Positions 10,536 through 20,107 of a DNA stretch of 64,000 nt are shown here, piece after piece (the stretch's first letter is position 1; every line of letters starts with the position of its first letter). Position numbers and translations under genes: made by a program. Under the pieces are notes generated by a model that was not told where the DNA came from, did not search any database, and was given only the letters and a program-made list of their open reading frames with translations. The stretch is from contig JBHLNF010000002.1 of NCBI GenBank assembly GCA_048937405.1, positions 416,001 through 480,000 of the forward strand. Reading direction: 5' to 3'. This DNA is from Promethearchaeota archaeon. GTDB lineage: Archaea > Asgardarchaeota > Lokiarchaeia > Sigyniarchaeales > SOKP01.

Positions 10536-11339
10536 TTATCTTCTTAAGAATATTTTCGATGAATACCTTATACCAATAAAGAGAAAGAATAGAGAAAAAA
10601 TTAGCGTTAAAGGCAATTGTCCTATTATAATGTAGGCGAAATTAGGTTCTGCTGAATAGAAATACAACGTAATGGTTACTCCTAAAAATATGAACGAATT
10701 TGTAAGGGCAATTTTCCAGTTTGGAGACAAAAATCCAAAAATTAAATTTGGAGGTAAAAACAGAATAACGATATTTGCTGTTGATAACAATATTAAAATT
10801 GGCATGAAAGTTGTGAATAATTGATCCGCGTTATAGAATCGGTTTAAATTAAAGTATTGAAAAATGAATAAAGTTGTATTTATACTCATAAAAATTAAAA
10901 AAAATGATAAAGGTCCAACGATTAACCATGATAATAGTGTCCTTATAATCGGTTTTTGCATTACTTTTCCTTTTAAATTATTATTAAATATTTCTTCCAT
11001 CTCCTCAGGAAAAATTAATTCTGGATTATAATCAGGAGAATATGAGTCAATAAAATCTTGCATCATATTTTTAAGAATTTTTGAAACTAATTCGTTATTT
11101 TCATTCACTCCTACAACAGCAGCCACGAGAAATCTTTCTTCTTCGTTAGGAACTAAAATTAGTTTATCATTCTCACCGAGATCAACATTTTTAACTACAC
11201 TTCCAAGAGCTTCTCTACTAAAATTAGCAATTGAGGAGAAGAATCCTATTAGAATATTTTCATCATATTTTTTTTCCATAAAATTTTTCGAATATAATAA
11301 AATTCCATTTTCATCTAAGAAATATACACTTTTTATCAT
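10536..11339 (-). CDS. Longin-like domain fused to multi-pass membrane domain
   Basis: The N-terminus MIKSVYFLDENGILLYSKNF..LIGFFSSIANFS is a typical longin beta-beta-alpha start; the C-terminal half has about 4 TM helices. Confidence 0.7.
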   Translation of the reverse strand: MIKSVYFLDENGILLYSKNFMEKKYDENILIGFFSSIANFSREALGSVVKNVDLGENDKLILVPNEEERFLVAAVVGVNENNELVSKILKNMMQDFIDSYSPDYNPELIFPEEMEEIFNNNLKGKVMQKPIIRTLLSWLIVGPLSFFLIFMSINTTLFIFQYFNLNRFYNADQLFTTFMPILILLSTANIVILFLPPNLIFGFLSPNWKIALTNSFIFLGVTITLYFYSAEPNFAYIIIGQLPLTLIFSLFFLFIGIRYSSKIFLRR

Positions 11340-11369
11340 ATTAATCTCTCAATTTATTAATTTTCAATT

Positions 11370-13115
11370 TTATTTATAATCTTGTTCAAAAAATTCTTTA
11401 TAATCCTCTAAAGATGCTTTAGATCTTTTAAAACTGAAAAGATATTTACCGAATAATTCTATTAGGCGAATTATCATCTTGTTTGGGTTATCTTTTAGAA
11501 ATATTTTATACTTTTCATTTTTTCTCTCTTCTTGAATTTTGGCTACTTCATCAAACTTATATAGTTTCTCAATTAATCTCTCATCCGGATTATTTAATTC
11601 TATGGTAATAATTTCACCTGATTGAGGCAATTCTTCAATTAATTTTTTGAATGTCCCAATTTTTGATTCTTTTTTACCAATGGTTAATATTTGATCACAA
11701 TTAGAAACAATTCCCTCTGGAGCATGAAAAATTAGAATTACATTAAATTTCTCTTTTATTTTTTCCATAGAATTATTGAATTTATCATATTCTAATCGAT
11801 CTAATATTTCAAAGGGAATAAAGAACATAATTATTGAAGGAAATTTTACCAAAGCTTTAGCAATTGAAAATAAAAGGAAATCTAAATGATTTAATTCTGA
11901 ACAACGCTTATTTTTCTTAAGTGATAATCCTGTAAGCTCTAAGGCATTTTTAATATACGATTTACCATGAATTAATCTCCTTGAAGGAGCTACGAATATT
12001 TCTCCAATTATCTCATCAATCCTAGGAACAAATCCCGCAGTTTTTAATATCAGTTGGAGTTTGGATTTTCGATTTTTCAGAATTCCTTTAATGTCAATTT
12101 TATATTTAATTGCTTTCTTGACTTTCATATTTAATATTTTTGATTCATGCGCCTGAGGTAATATTACTATTTTTTCTAAATCTTTTCTATTTAAAAATTG
12201 AACCTCTTTTCCAAAAATTTCAATATTCCCAAAAAAATCAGAAAAATTCCCAGCAATACTCCAAAAAAGATAAAATAAATCATATTTATGTTCTGTATCA
12301 GATAATAGTTCTTCATCATAAAGAATCCCTATTGATTTTCCTCTGTGAATCCTGAAAGAAACATTTTGTATTCCATTCTCTATAGAGACATTTTTCAATA
12401 TTAAGTGTTGAGAATTTGGTCCTAATCTATCTAATTTTAACCGTTTTTCGATTATATTACAAATTACCTCAATTATTTGATAAATGTGGGGGGGATTTAG
12501 TTCATTCCAATTTTTAATTATATCTTCTTTGATAAAATCTCTTTCACTTATAATCTTTGAAAGTGTTCTTGAAAAGGAAAATAATGGTATAAGAGGGTAT
12601 TTTTCAAAATTTATATGTAATTTAATCACAAAATAAGGAAAAGAAATTCTAAATTCTCTATTATAAGGATTACTATCAACCATATAATTTTCAAATCTCT
12701 CATCTAATAACTCAACTTCTCTATCAAGTAGCATTATATGATTTTGAAATTCCTTTCGAATGAGGTTCCTCATACGTTCGATGATTTTTTTAGGACTAAC
12801 TAGTCCATCCTCATCGAAATCAGGATCAACAATAATTTCATTAAAATCAAATTCATCTATAAGGGGTGTATAAATTTTTAATAAAGGTACTCCCTTGTCC
12901 TTTACATCCTGATTAGTAAAGAATAATACTTCGATAAAAGATTTTTTATAGATTAAATTTAAAATTGAAGCAATACCAAAAGTGTTTTCTCTATATGTCA
13001 TCCAAAAACGTCTAGAAAATCTGACAGCATCCAAAATTTTCAGTCTAAGACGCTCTAATTCAAGGTTTCTAGAGGGCTTAAAAAATTTAGATTTCTTCAA
13101 ATCCTTAGATTTCAT
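11370..13115 (-). CDS. RWD/UBC-like domain(s) fused to degenerate ABC ATPase
   Basis: VIKLHINFEKYPLIPLFSF...KNWNELNPPHIYQIIEVI is a UBC/RWD-like pattern. It is followed by an ABC-fold scaffold (NVSFRIHRGKSIGIL, ILPQ, CDQILTI) lacking Walker A GKS/T, LSGGQ and Walker B DE. Confidence 0.6.
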   Translation of the reverse strand: MKSKDLKKSKFFKPSRNLELERLRLKILDAVRFSRRFWMTYRENTFGIASILNLIYKKSFIEVLFFTNQDVKDKGVPLLKIYTPLIDEFDFNEIIVDPDFDEDGLVSPKKIIERMRNLIRKEFQNHIMLLDREVELLDERFENYMVDSNPYNREFRISFPYFVIKLHINFEKYPLIPLFSFSRTLSKIISERDFIKEDIIKNWNELNPPHIYQIIEVICNIIEKRLKLDRLGPNSQHLILKNVSIENGIQNVSFRIHRGKSIGILYDEELLSDTEHKYDLFYLFWSIAGNFSDFFGNIEIFGKEVQFLNRKDLEKIVILPQAHESKILNMKVKKAIKYKIDIKGILKNRKSKLQLILKTAGFVPRIDEIIGEIFVAPSRRLIHGKSYIKNALELTGLSLKKNKRCSELNHLDFLLFSIAKALVKFPSIIMFFIPFEILDRLEYDKFNNSMEKIKEKFNVILIFHAPEGIVSNCDQILTIGKKESKIGTFKKLIEELPQSGEIITIELNNPDERLIEKLYKFDEVAKIQEERKNEKYKIFLKDNPNKMIIRLIELFGKYLFSFKRSKASLEDYKEFFEQDYK

Positions 13116-16100
13116 TAACTTTTGGCACCTCCATTGCTTTATAACGAAAATATTGTTCCATTTTTGAATCTATTTGTTTTACTTCTTTAATTGATTCTTT
13201 TCCCATCTCTTCTTCTATTTTTTCAACCAACATATCGATATTTAAATTAGTGAAAATTGAATAATTTGTACCTACTTTATTTTCTAAGACTTTATCAATC
13301 CCTTCAATCCCTTCGAGTTTATTAATTACATTTTCTTTTATATTTGTAAATTCAACTTCAATCGATCTTCCCTTTCCAGGTAAATTAACTAAAAGTGATT
13401 TAGGCTGTCCAAAATCTATCATTCCACGCTTTCGACCAAAGATAGCAACTAGATTACAAAATCTAGACTCTTCAGGATAGTGGGTAATAACAACTAATGT
13501 TGTATTGAATTGCTCATTAATCTTAGTTAATACAAGCCATAAGTTTTCTCGTACAACAGGATCCAAACCGCTAGTTGGTTCATCTAAAATTAAAAACATC
13601 GGTGAATGCATTAGTCCTATTGCAATACTAACTCTTCTTTTTTGCCCACCAGAGAGATTTTTAACGTACTCATCTATTTTATCCTCAATTTCTAGGCTGC
13701 GTAAAATTCGCTTCGCTCGACTCATAATCTCTTTTTCTGTAAGACCATACTGGCTTCCAAAATATAATAAATTTTCAAACGTGGTAAAATTATGATAAAT
13801 TTTACCTAAATCTTGAGGAACATACCCATATATTGGTCTAATTCTTCTTGAAATTCTTCTATTCATATTCATTCCATAAATTTGACAAAATCCAGTAATT
13901 TTTCTCATACCTAATAAACCTTTAATAAAGGTTGATTTCCCTGCACCGCTCTCTCCTAAAATTCCTAAAATTTTTCCATGCTTTACATTCATAGAAACGG
14001 AATCAACTATTAATTTTCCTCCTGCAAAAATACTTAAATTTTCACAATTAATTGCGGGAAATTTTTTTAAATAGGATTCATTAAGTTTCCCTCCAAAACC
14101 AAATAATAATTTAATTCTTTGTGGTATAGAAAGCCGTTGATAGAGTTTAAACAATATAAAAAATCCAATACCCGCAGCTTCAATAAGCAGAATATATGTT
14201 AATAAAAGGTTCCAAGGTTTTGAATCAAAACTTTGATCATATTGCAATTCATCTACAATAACAATTGCATTAGCCATATTTCTTAAATCACCTCCAAATC
14301 CTGGATTATCACCCACTCCTCCTGTATTAAAACTAATACATTGAATATACCAATTTAAAGTAGTTTTTATATTTTCTGGCTGAAATCTGTAGTCATAAAG
14401 CCCTTTTGATCCAAAATAAGTAATCATAAAGTTGGATGGTAAGTCAAGATAAGCCCCAAAAGCGGGTAAAACTAAAAACGAGCCATCTGAAGTTTGTGAG
14501 TTCTTTAGAAACTCGATGGCGGCTATTTTAGCCATTGGCTCAGAATTTAATAAATCAGTGAAAATTTCCAATCCATAATAAGTTGAAATAACATCACTAT
14601 GGAAGCCTATAAATAAAGAAAATCCACCATCTGGATTTTGACATGATCTCATCCAATGAGTAAGATTAACATGATTGATATTATCTAAATCATTGATTAC
14701 TTCCAACGAATATAAAGCCCAATACGTGCTTTCCATAGTTGACATATTTGAATTAATTAAATATATCAGTATTTGATAAACTGCTCCATACATGTTTAAA
14801 ACTGCTTCTACATCCTGACCCACACTAAATCCACCATCTGGATTTTGAAGATCGACTAAATAATTTGTAATATTCCCAATCTCATCATCTTCAGGCCATT
14901 TATTTGTAAAAGGAAAAAGGATTTTATAAATATTTAATCCACAATAGGTAGCATATAAAGTGGCATTTTCACCAGGAGAGGATGAAAATCCACCATTATA
15001 AGGATTATAACATCTATCAACAAAATTTGTTATGTTTTTCAATATTTCTTCATTCATAATCTCTTTATTTATAAATTCAGTAAATATTTCAGGATTATAA
15101 TTATAAAGGGCTGAGATCCCGTTAAAATTTGCTTCAATTGTAGTGCTTCCAAATAATGAATTTTGTCCTTGAAAAAAATGAAGCCATTCATAATAATTAA
15201 GAGTTGCTTCTCTAATATCAGCAAGGTTACTTTCAGTTAAGGACTCTAATTTGAGACTATCAATTGACTTCATAGCAGCCCACCCTGATATAAAATCGGA
15301 ATTATCATTCGAAATTGGATTTGAACGAAAACCTCCATCTCCATTTGAACAATTAAGTATAAAAGAAAGAGTCTTTTGTTCATCAAATAGCAAAGGATTA
15401 TATAAACCTAATCTCCTTAATGATGATAAAGCATAATATGTCGATTGGACATCAGAAGGTCCACCTAAAATATTAGAAAAACCATAATCTATAACATTAT
15501 ATAGCGAATTAAAATAGGTATAAATAGCCGACAATTCTGCAGAAGAATAGGTCATATTCATTCCTAAAAATGCTTGAATGCCATAATAGGTTGATTCGGC
15601 TGTTGCTACACTTAAAGCATCATTTGTCAATTTATAACTTCCTACTAGCCATGTGGAATTAATATATTTTGAAATATTATCATTTCTAAGGATGAAATCA
15701 CCATTTAAAATATTAGCTAAATCAATAGCACATGAAGTAGATCTTAAATCAGTAATATTTAAAAAGGGAATTAACTTAAATCCCCCTTCTTTTTTGTTCA
15801 GTGAATTATTTAGATAATTTAAAATATTGTCTGTCTGATTTTGCTGAATTTTATTTAGCAAATATGATTGATTTGCAATCTCTAAAGTCTTTATTGCTTG
15901 ATATGTAGAAATCATATTTCCCAATCCACCTATATCTGAATATGAACCATCTATATTTTGTTTTTCAAAAATATAATCAAAGAATATATTTGGTTTATAA
16001 TCTTTTACATGTTTATTCGAAATATCATTTGGATTTACAAGATCTGAAGAATATAATTCAACAAACGTAAAATTTATTGAATCAACTGCTCTAAAATTTG

Positions 16101-16308
16101 AATCTAAAGTTGGTTCTATGAACAATCCATCATCATTTTGATGTGTCCATGTGAAAAAAACAGCATTGTCTTTAATGAATTGAACATCTTCATTTTTAAT
16201 ATATTCAATATAAGGAATATTAACTAGAATAATAGATATAATTGGAACACCTACTAGAATTCCCAAAACCAAGATATTTTTTAGCAATCGTTTTGTTTTG
16301 TGACCCAA
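13105..16308 (-). CDS. Extracellular prenyltransferase/squalene-cyclase-repeat domain + TM + ABC ATPase fusion
   Basis: N-terminal TM; repeated QNxDGGF/DGSF toroid motifs with many sequons; a second TM; intact NBD (GESGAGKS, YVPQ, LSGGQ, LILDEPT, ITH). Confidence 0.85.
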   Translation of the reverse strand: MGHKTKRLLKNILVLGILVGVPIISIILVNIPYIEYIKNEDVQFIKDNAVFFTWTHQNDDGLFIEPTLDSNFRAVDSINFTFVELYSSDLVNPNDISNKHVKDYKPNIFFDYIFEKQNIDGSYSDIGGLGNMISTYQAIKTLEIANQSYLLNKIQQNQTDNILNYLNNSLNKKEGGFKLIPFLNITDLRSTSCAIDLANILNGDFILRNDNISKYINSTWLVGSYKLTNDALSVATAESTYYGIQAFLGMNMTYSSAELSAIYTYFNSLYNVIDYGFSNILGGPSDVQSTYYALSSLRRLGLYNPLLFDEQKTLSFILNCSNGDGGFRSNPISNDNSDFISGWAAMKSIDSLKLESLTESNLADIREATLNYYEWLHFFQGQNSLFGSTTIEANFNGISALYNYNPEIFTEFINKEIMNEEILKNITNFVDRCYNPYNGGFSSSPGENATLYATYCGLNIYKILFPFTNKWPEDDEIGNITNYLVDLQNPDGGFSVGQDVEAVLNMYGAVYQILIYLINSNMSTMESTYWALYSLEVINDLDNINHVNLTHWMRSCQNPDGGFSLFIGFHSDVISTYYGLEIFTDLLNSEPMAKIAAIEFLKNSQTSDGSFLVLPAFGAYLDLPSNFMITYFGSKGLYDYRFQPENIKTTLNWYIQCISFNTGGVGDNPGFGGDLRNMANAIVIVDELQYDQSFDSKPWNLLLTYILLIEAAGIGFFILFKLYQRLSIPQRIKLLFGFGGKLNESYLKKFPAINCENLSIFAGGKLIVDSVSMNVKHGKILGILGESGAGKSTFIKGLLGMRKITGFCQIYGMNMNRRISRRIRPIYGYVPQDLGKIYHNFTTFENLLYFGSQYGLTEKEIMSRAKRILRSLEIEDKIDEYVKNLSGGQKRRVSIAIGLMHSPMFLILDEPTSGLDPVVRENLWLVLTKINEQFNTTLVVITHYPEESRFCNLVAIFGRKRGMIDFGQPKSLLVNLPGKGRSIEVEFTNIKENVINKLEGIEGIDKVLENKVGTNYSIFTNLNIDMLVEKIEEEMGKESIKEVKQIDSKMEQYFRYKAMEVPKVNEI

Positions 16309-16313
16309 ATCAA

Positions 16314-17315
16314 TTATTTTCTAATCACCTTTAAATCATTCGAACTAATTATTTTTTCTTCCTCTTGTAAAATTCTAATTTGAAAGTATCTTCTAAAAGT
16401 AGCGAGATCTTTACTCATTGAAGTTATGATAATATTATTATCTAACATATACTCGATTAATTTTGATAAATTTTCCTCATAATTTTCCATTAGAACCTCA
16501 ATTGCTTCATTTCCTACTCTTATTATTCTTCTTATAGACGGAAATTTCTCAATAAATGCAATTATTTTTTCATTTAGATTTTGAATTGTAAACCTTGCTA
16601 TTAATCCTTCACTTGGTAAGGAAGATATTAGGTTTTGAGAGGTATCAAACTCTAATAACCTTCCATCTCTTAAAATTGCTGCTTTATCACATATTAATGC
16701 AGCTTCTAAATCATGAGTAATTATAAACATCGTCGTATTTAATCTTTGGTTTAGTTTCTTTAAATAGCTAAGTATATCATAGCGTTTCGAGGCATCCACG
16801 CCAGTAGTAGGCTCGTCTAAGAACAAAACATCTGGATTATGAATTAAACCGATAGCCATTGACAATCGTTTCTTTTCTCCACCGCTCATTTTTTCAACTT
16901 TCTTTTTCCAAGTATCTTCTGGAATATCAAGGATTTTAAACAATTTTTTTGCTATTTCTTTTGCATTTTTTTTATTCATTCCATATGTAGAGGTAAAGAC
17001 CTCAACGTTTACCATTGGATCTAATTCGAAATATAAATTTAACATTTCAAGTTGTGGAACATATCCAATATTGCTGAGAATCTTTGAATGATTACTCTTT
17101 TTATCAGGAGATAAACCAGTAACTTTAACTTCTCCAGACCAATTTTTTTTTTCAATTTGACAGGTCATTACTCTGACTATGGTTGTCTTTCCTGCTCCTG
17201 AAATTCCAAATAAGCCTATAATTTCTCCTTTATCAACAGTAAAGCTAACGTCATGAACAACATGTTTTTCTCCAAATTTAACATTTAAATTTTTTACATC
17301 TACCATCCTTTTCAT
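16314..17315 (-). CDS. ABC transporter ATP-binding protein (ABC-2/DrrA type)
   Basis: GISGAGKT, YVPQ, MSGGE, LFLDEPT, ITHD. Confidence 0.95.
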   Translation of the reverse strand: MKRMVDVKNLNVKFGEKHVVHDVSFTVDKGEIIGLFGISGAGKTTIVRVMTCQIEKKNWSGEVKVTGLSPDKKSNHSKILSNIGYVPQLEMLNLYFELDPMVNVEVFTSTYGMNKKNAKEIAKKLFKILDIPEDTWKKKVEKMSGGEKKRLSMAIGLIHNPDVLFLDEPTTGVDASKRYDILSYLKKLNQRLNTTMFIITHDLEAALICDKAAILRDGRLLEFDTSQNLISSLPSEGLIARFTIQNLNEKIIAFIEKFPSIRRIIRVGNEAIEVLMENYEENLSKLIEYMLDNNIIITSMSKDLATFRRYFQIRILQEEEKIISSNDLKVIRK

Positions 17316-17336
17316 TGTTTCAAGAGAACTAATTGC

Positions 17337-18626
17337 TTACACCTCATATTTTCTCCTTTTAAATATTATAAATGATACCATTGTCAAGATAGAACTAATA
17401 GCTAATAACCAAAAGAAGTGTAATCCCAGAATTGATTGACCTTTTTGAATTATACCGCGAAGTAAGGGATCTCCATGAGATAGAGGCAAAATATATGCAA
17501 TAACTTGCAAATAGGGAGGCATACCTTCAATAGGAATAAAAATTCCACTTAAAAGAACGGCAACAAGAAAAACAGCAAGAAATAACTGATTTGCTTGAGT
17601 CTTTGTTTTGCTCATTGAGCTAATAAAAACTCCCATCGTCAATCCAGAAAAACCAATTATGAATAGAGCAAGAAATAAATCTATTAGAGTACCCGCTATA
17701 TATAATCCCATTGATAAACCACTGATTAGCAATAAAGTAACTTGAAATAATAATACTAGAGTATATGTAATATATTTAGATATTAAAATTTCTGATCTCT
17801 TTACTGGAGTGAGTAATAATCGCGCAATCGGTTTCTCTTGAACAATTACTAATATTGATAATACAAAAGCGATACCAAAAACCATAAATGAAAGGGCCAT
17901 TACAATACTAGAATTGAAATTATGACTATATCCTTCAGGAATAATAAATTCTTCAAATCCATGAAGTTCAAATTGGGGTGTAAGATTATTCTCATTTACA
18001 AATATCTTAATTGAATCATAAACGGCGTTAAGACTCTGTTGAATAAACTGAATTTCTGAGGCATCTGGAACACAATCAATCAATCCTGGTAAACCAAATT
18101 TAAGTAATTCAGTAAAATCGACAGGCAAAGATAGAATAATTGAGATCTCCCCAGATATTAGAGCGTTTCTGGCTGTTTCCATTGCATATATCTCTTCAGT
18201 TGCGTTATAAAATTGAACTAAATCAAGCATAACCGACTTATTTACAGCCTCTACATATGGTATGGTATAATTATCTAAATATGATTCTGTTAAATCATTT
18301 TGGTTAATAACTATATTAGAATCGTATGATATTAACATACAAGGAATTGATTGCGTTTCGGGAGGTGTATCTGTCATTGTAAACCCTAACATAACTATTA
18401 TTAAAGGAGGTAACACGATAGCAAGCAGGAGATTAAATTTATCAGTCCATAAAAGTCTAAATTCTTTTTTAACCTGTTTTAAGATTCTTAGAGCGTTATT
18501 TTTTGATTTTAAAATTTTTTCAATAAATTTATTAAAATCAGGTTTTAGATTGGATACTTTACTTTTTACCTTCTCAAAATTTGGCTTGATTTTAGAATAC
18601 TTCTCTTTAATCTTTTTTTTATCCAA
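17337..18626 (-). CDS. ABC-2 type permease with extracellular domain
   Basis: VKKEFRLL start, one TM plus loop plus 5 TM, RLLLTPV, LSGIFIPIEGMP..LPLSH. Confidence 0.9.
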   Translation of the reverse strand: MDKKKIKEKYSKIKPNFEKVKSKVSNLKPDFNKFIEKILKSKNNALRILKQVKKEFRLLWTDKFNLLLAIVLPPLIIVMLGFTMTDTPPETQSIPCMLISYDSNIVINQNDLTESYLDNYTIPYVEAVNKSVMLDLVQFYNATEEIYAMETARNALISGEISIILSLPVDFTELLKFGLPGLIDCVPDASEIQFIQQSLNAVYDSIKIFVNENNLTPQFELHGFEEFIIPEGYSHNFNSSIVMALSFMVFGIAFVLSILVIVQEKPIARLLLTPVKRSEILISKYITYTLVLLFQVTLLLISGLSMGLYIAGTLIDLFLALFIIGFSGLTMGVFISSMSKTKTQANQLFLAVFLVAVLLSGIFIPIEGMPPYLQVIAYILPLSHGDPLLRGIIQKGQSILGLHFFWLLAISSILTMVSFIIFKRRKYEV

Positions 18627-18657
18627 CCTTAAAGGTTTTTTTTTAATCTTAACTATA

Positions 18658-19812
18658 TTACACCTCTAATTTCTTAAACATGTAGATGAAATATGCTAAT
18701 GATGCATAAATTAAAGAGCTTAAATTAAGCCAAAATATACTAATTAAATTAGGAGGTAATCCTTTTAATGTTATTTCAGTTATCAATGGAACTGCATTTG
18801 ATAATGGAAGCATATTCATAAAAATTTGTATACCTCCTTCCGTATCACCTAAAGGAAGTATACTTCCCGAAAAAAGTATTATAATAATAAACATAATTAG
18901 ATACATTTGATTAGCACTTTGTTCTGTAGGGCTTAATGCAGAAATAAATAACCCAATACAGATTCCACTAAAACCGATCATTATAAGTACTAAAAAGAAA
19001 TAAAATAATGAACCCAAACTATACAATCCAAAAAATGCAGTTAAAATAAAAATCTCTGTGGATTGAAGTAGCATAATTGCAGAATTAGCAATTAATTTAC
19101 TTAAAATGATTTCTCTTTTAGCAGTTGGAGTTATAAGCATTCGAGGAAGTGGACCCTCGGAGACTATTGAAAGAGAAGTTAAGTTCATAGTTGTTCCAAG
19201 AATTATAATGGGTAGAATTAAAGGGATTGCATAATTTAAAATTGCTGATTCCCAAAAAGGGACATCAAATTCTAAATAAGGCACCATAATAGTAAAATTT
19301 GCCATCATATCTGTCTGTGCTCTAAATAATGCTATAGGTTCTTGAATTGCAACTTCAACTGCTGTTATTGCCGCGAGATCAGAAGCATCAATATGATATA
19401 TCAGAATTGGATTGGATTTATTCTCAACTAACTCTGAAAAATTACTTGGTAAAACAATAATTATATCTATATCTCCACTTCTTAAGAGTTCATAACAAGT
19501 CTGGTATGCATTTTCGTATTCATCTAAATTAGTAGCATTATAATAACCATGAAATCCCCATGATGAGGTACTATTTTGCATTATTGATATGAAAGTTTCA
19601 TCATATTTTGAAGAATTCGTAGGAAAGTCATCATATGTAGGCATATCATCGAGTGTGATAATAGCAGATGTAAAAAATTTTGTAAGACCCCCCCCAGTAG
19701 TTAAACCAAAAACTAAGATTAGTAATACAGGAATTATAAATATTAAAATTAATGTTCTTTTATCTGCTCTAATTCTACCAAATTCCTTTCGTATTAATCC
19801 GCCTAGATACAT
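18658..19812 (-). CDS. ABC-2 type permease with extracellular domain
   Basis: IRKEFGRIRAD, RMLITP, FSGSILP; same topology as its neighbour. Confidence 0.9.
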   Translation of the reverse strand: MYLGGLIRKEFGRIRADKRTLILIFIIPVLLILVFGLTTGGGLTKFFTSAIITLDDMPTYDDFPTNSSKYDETFISIMQNSTSSWGFHGYYNATNLDEYENAYQTCYELLRSGDIDIIIVLPSNFSELVENKSNPILIYHIDASDLAAITAVEVAIQEPIALFRAQTDMMANFTIMVPYLEFDVPFWESAILNYAIPLILPIIILGTTMNLTSLSIVSEGPLPRMLITPTAKREIILSKLIANSAIMLLQSTEIFILTAFFGLYSLGSLFYFFLVLIMIGFSGICIGLFISALSPTEQSANQMYLIMFIIIILFSGSILPLGDTEGGIQIFMNMLPLSNAVPLITEITLKGLPPNLISIFWLNLSSLIYASLAYFIYMFKKLEV

Positions 19813-20107
19813 TATATAGGGCTCTTAGGGACTAAATCAACTATGCTGTAATTTTAATTAATCAAATTAATATAGTAAATGATACTTTAAAAGAAAAATT
19901 GTTATTTATATTTAAAATTAGAAAGAATGTGGTCTAAAGATTTATCAAAAAAAAACTAATTCTTTCTAATATTATCTATTTGAAGGAGAAAAATCATTTT
20001 TCTAGTTTTCTTTTTCATTTCAAAATTATAATCTTAACCTTTAATTTCACTGGATAAATCATATAACATAACTATTTTTTATTTTAAATTATCGACTAAA
20101 TATTATT

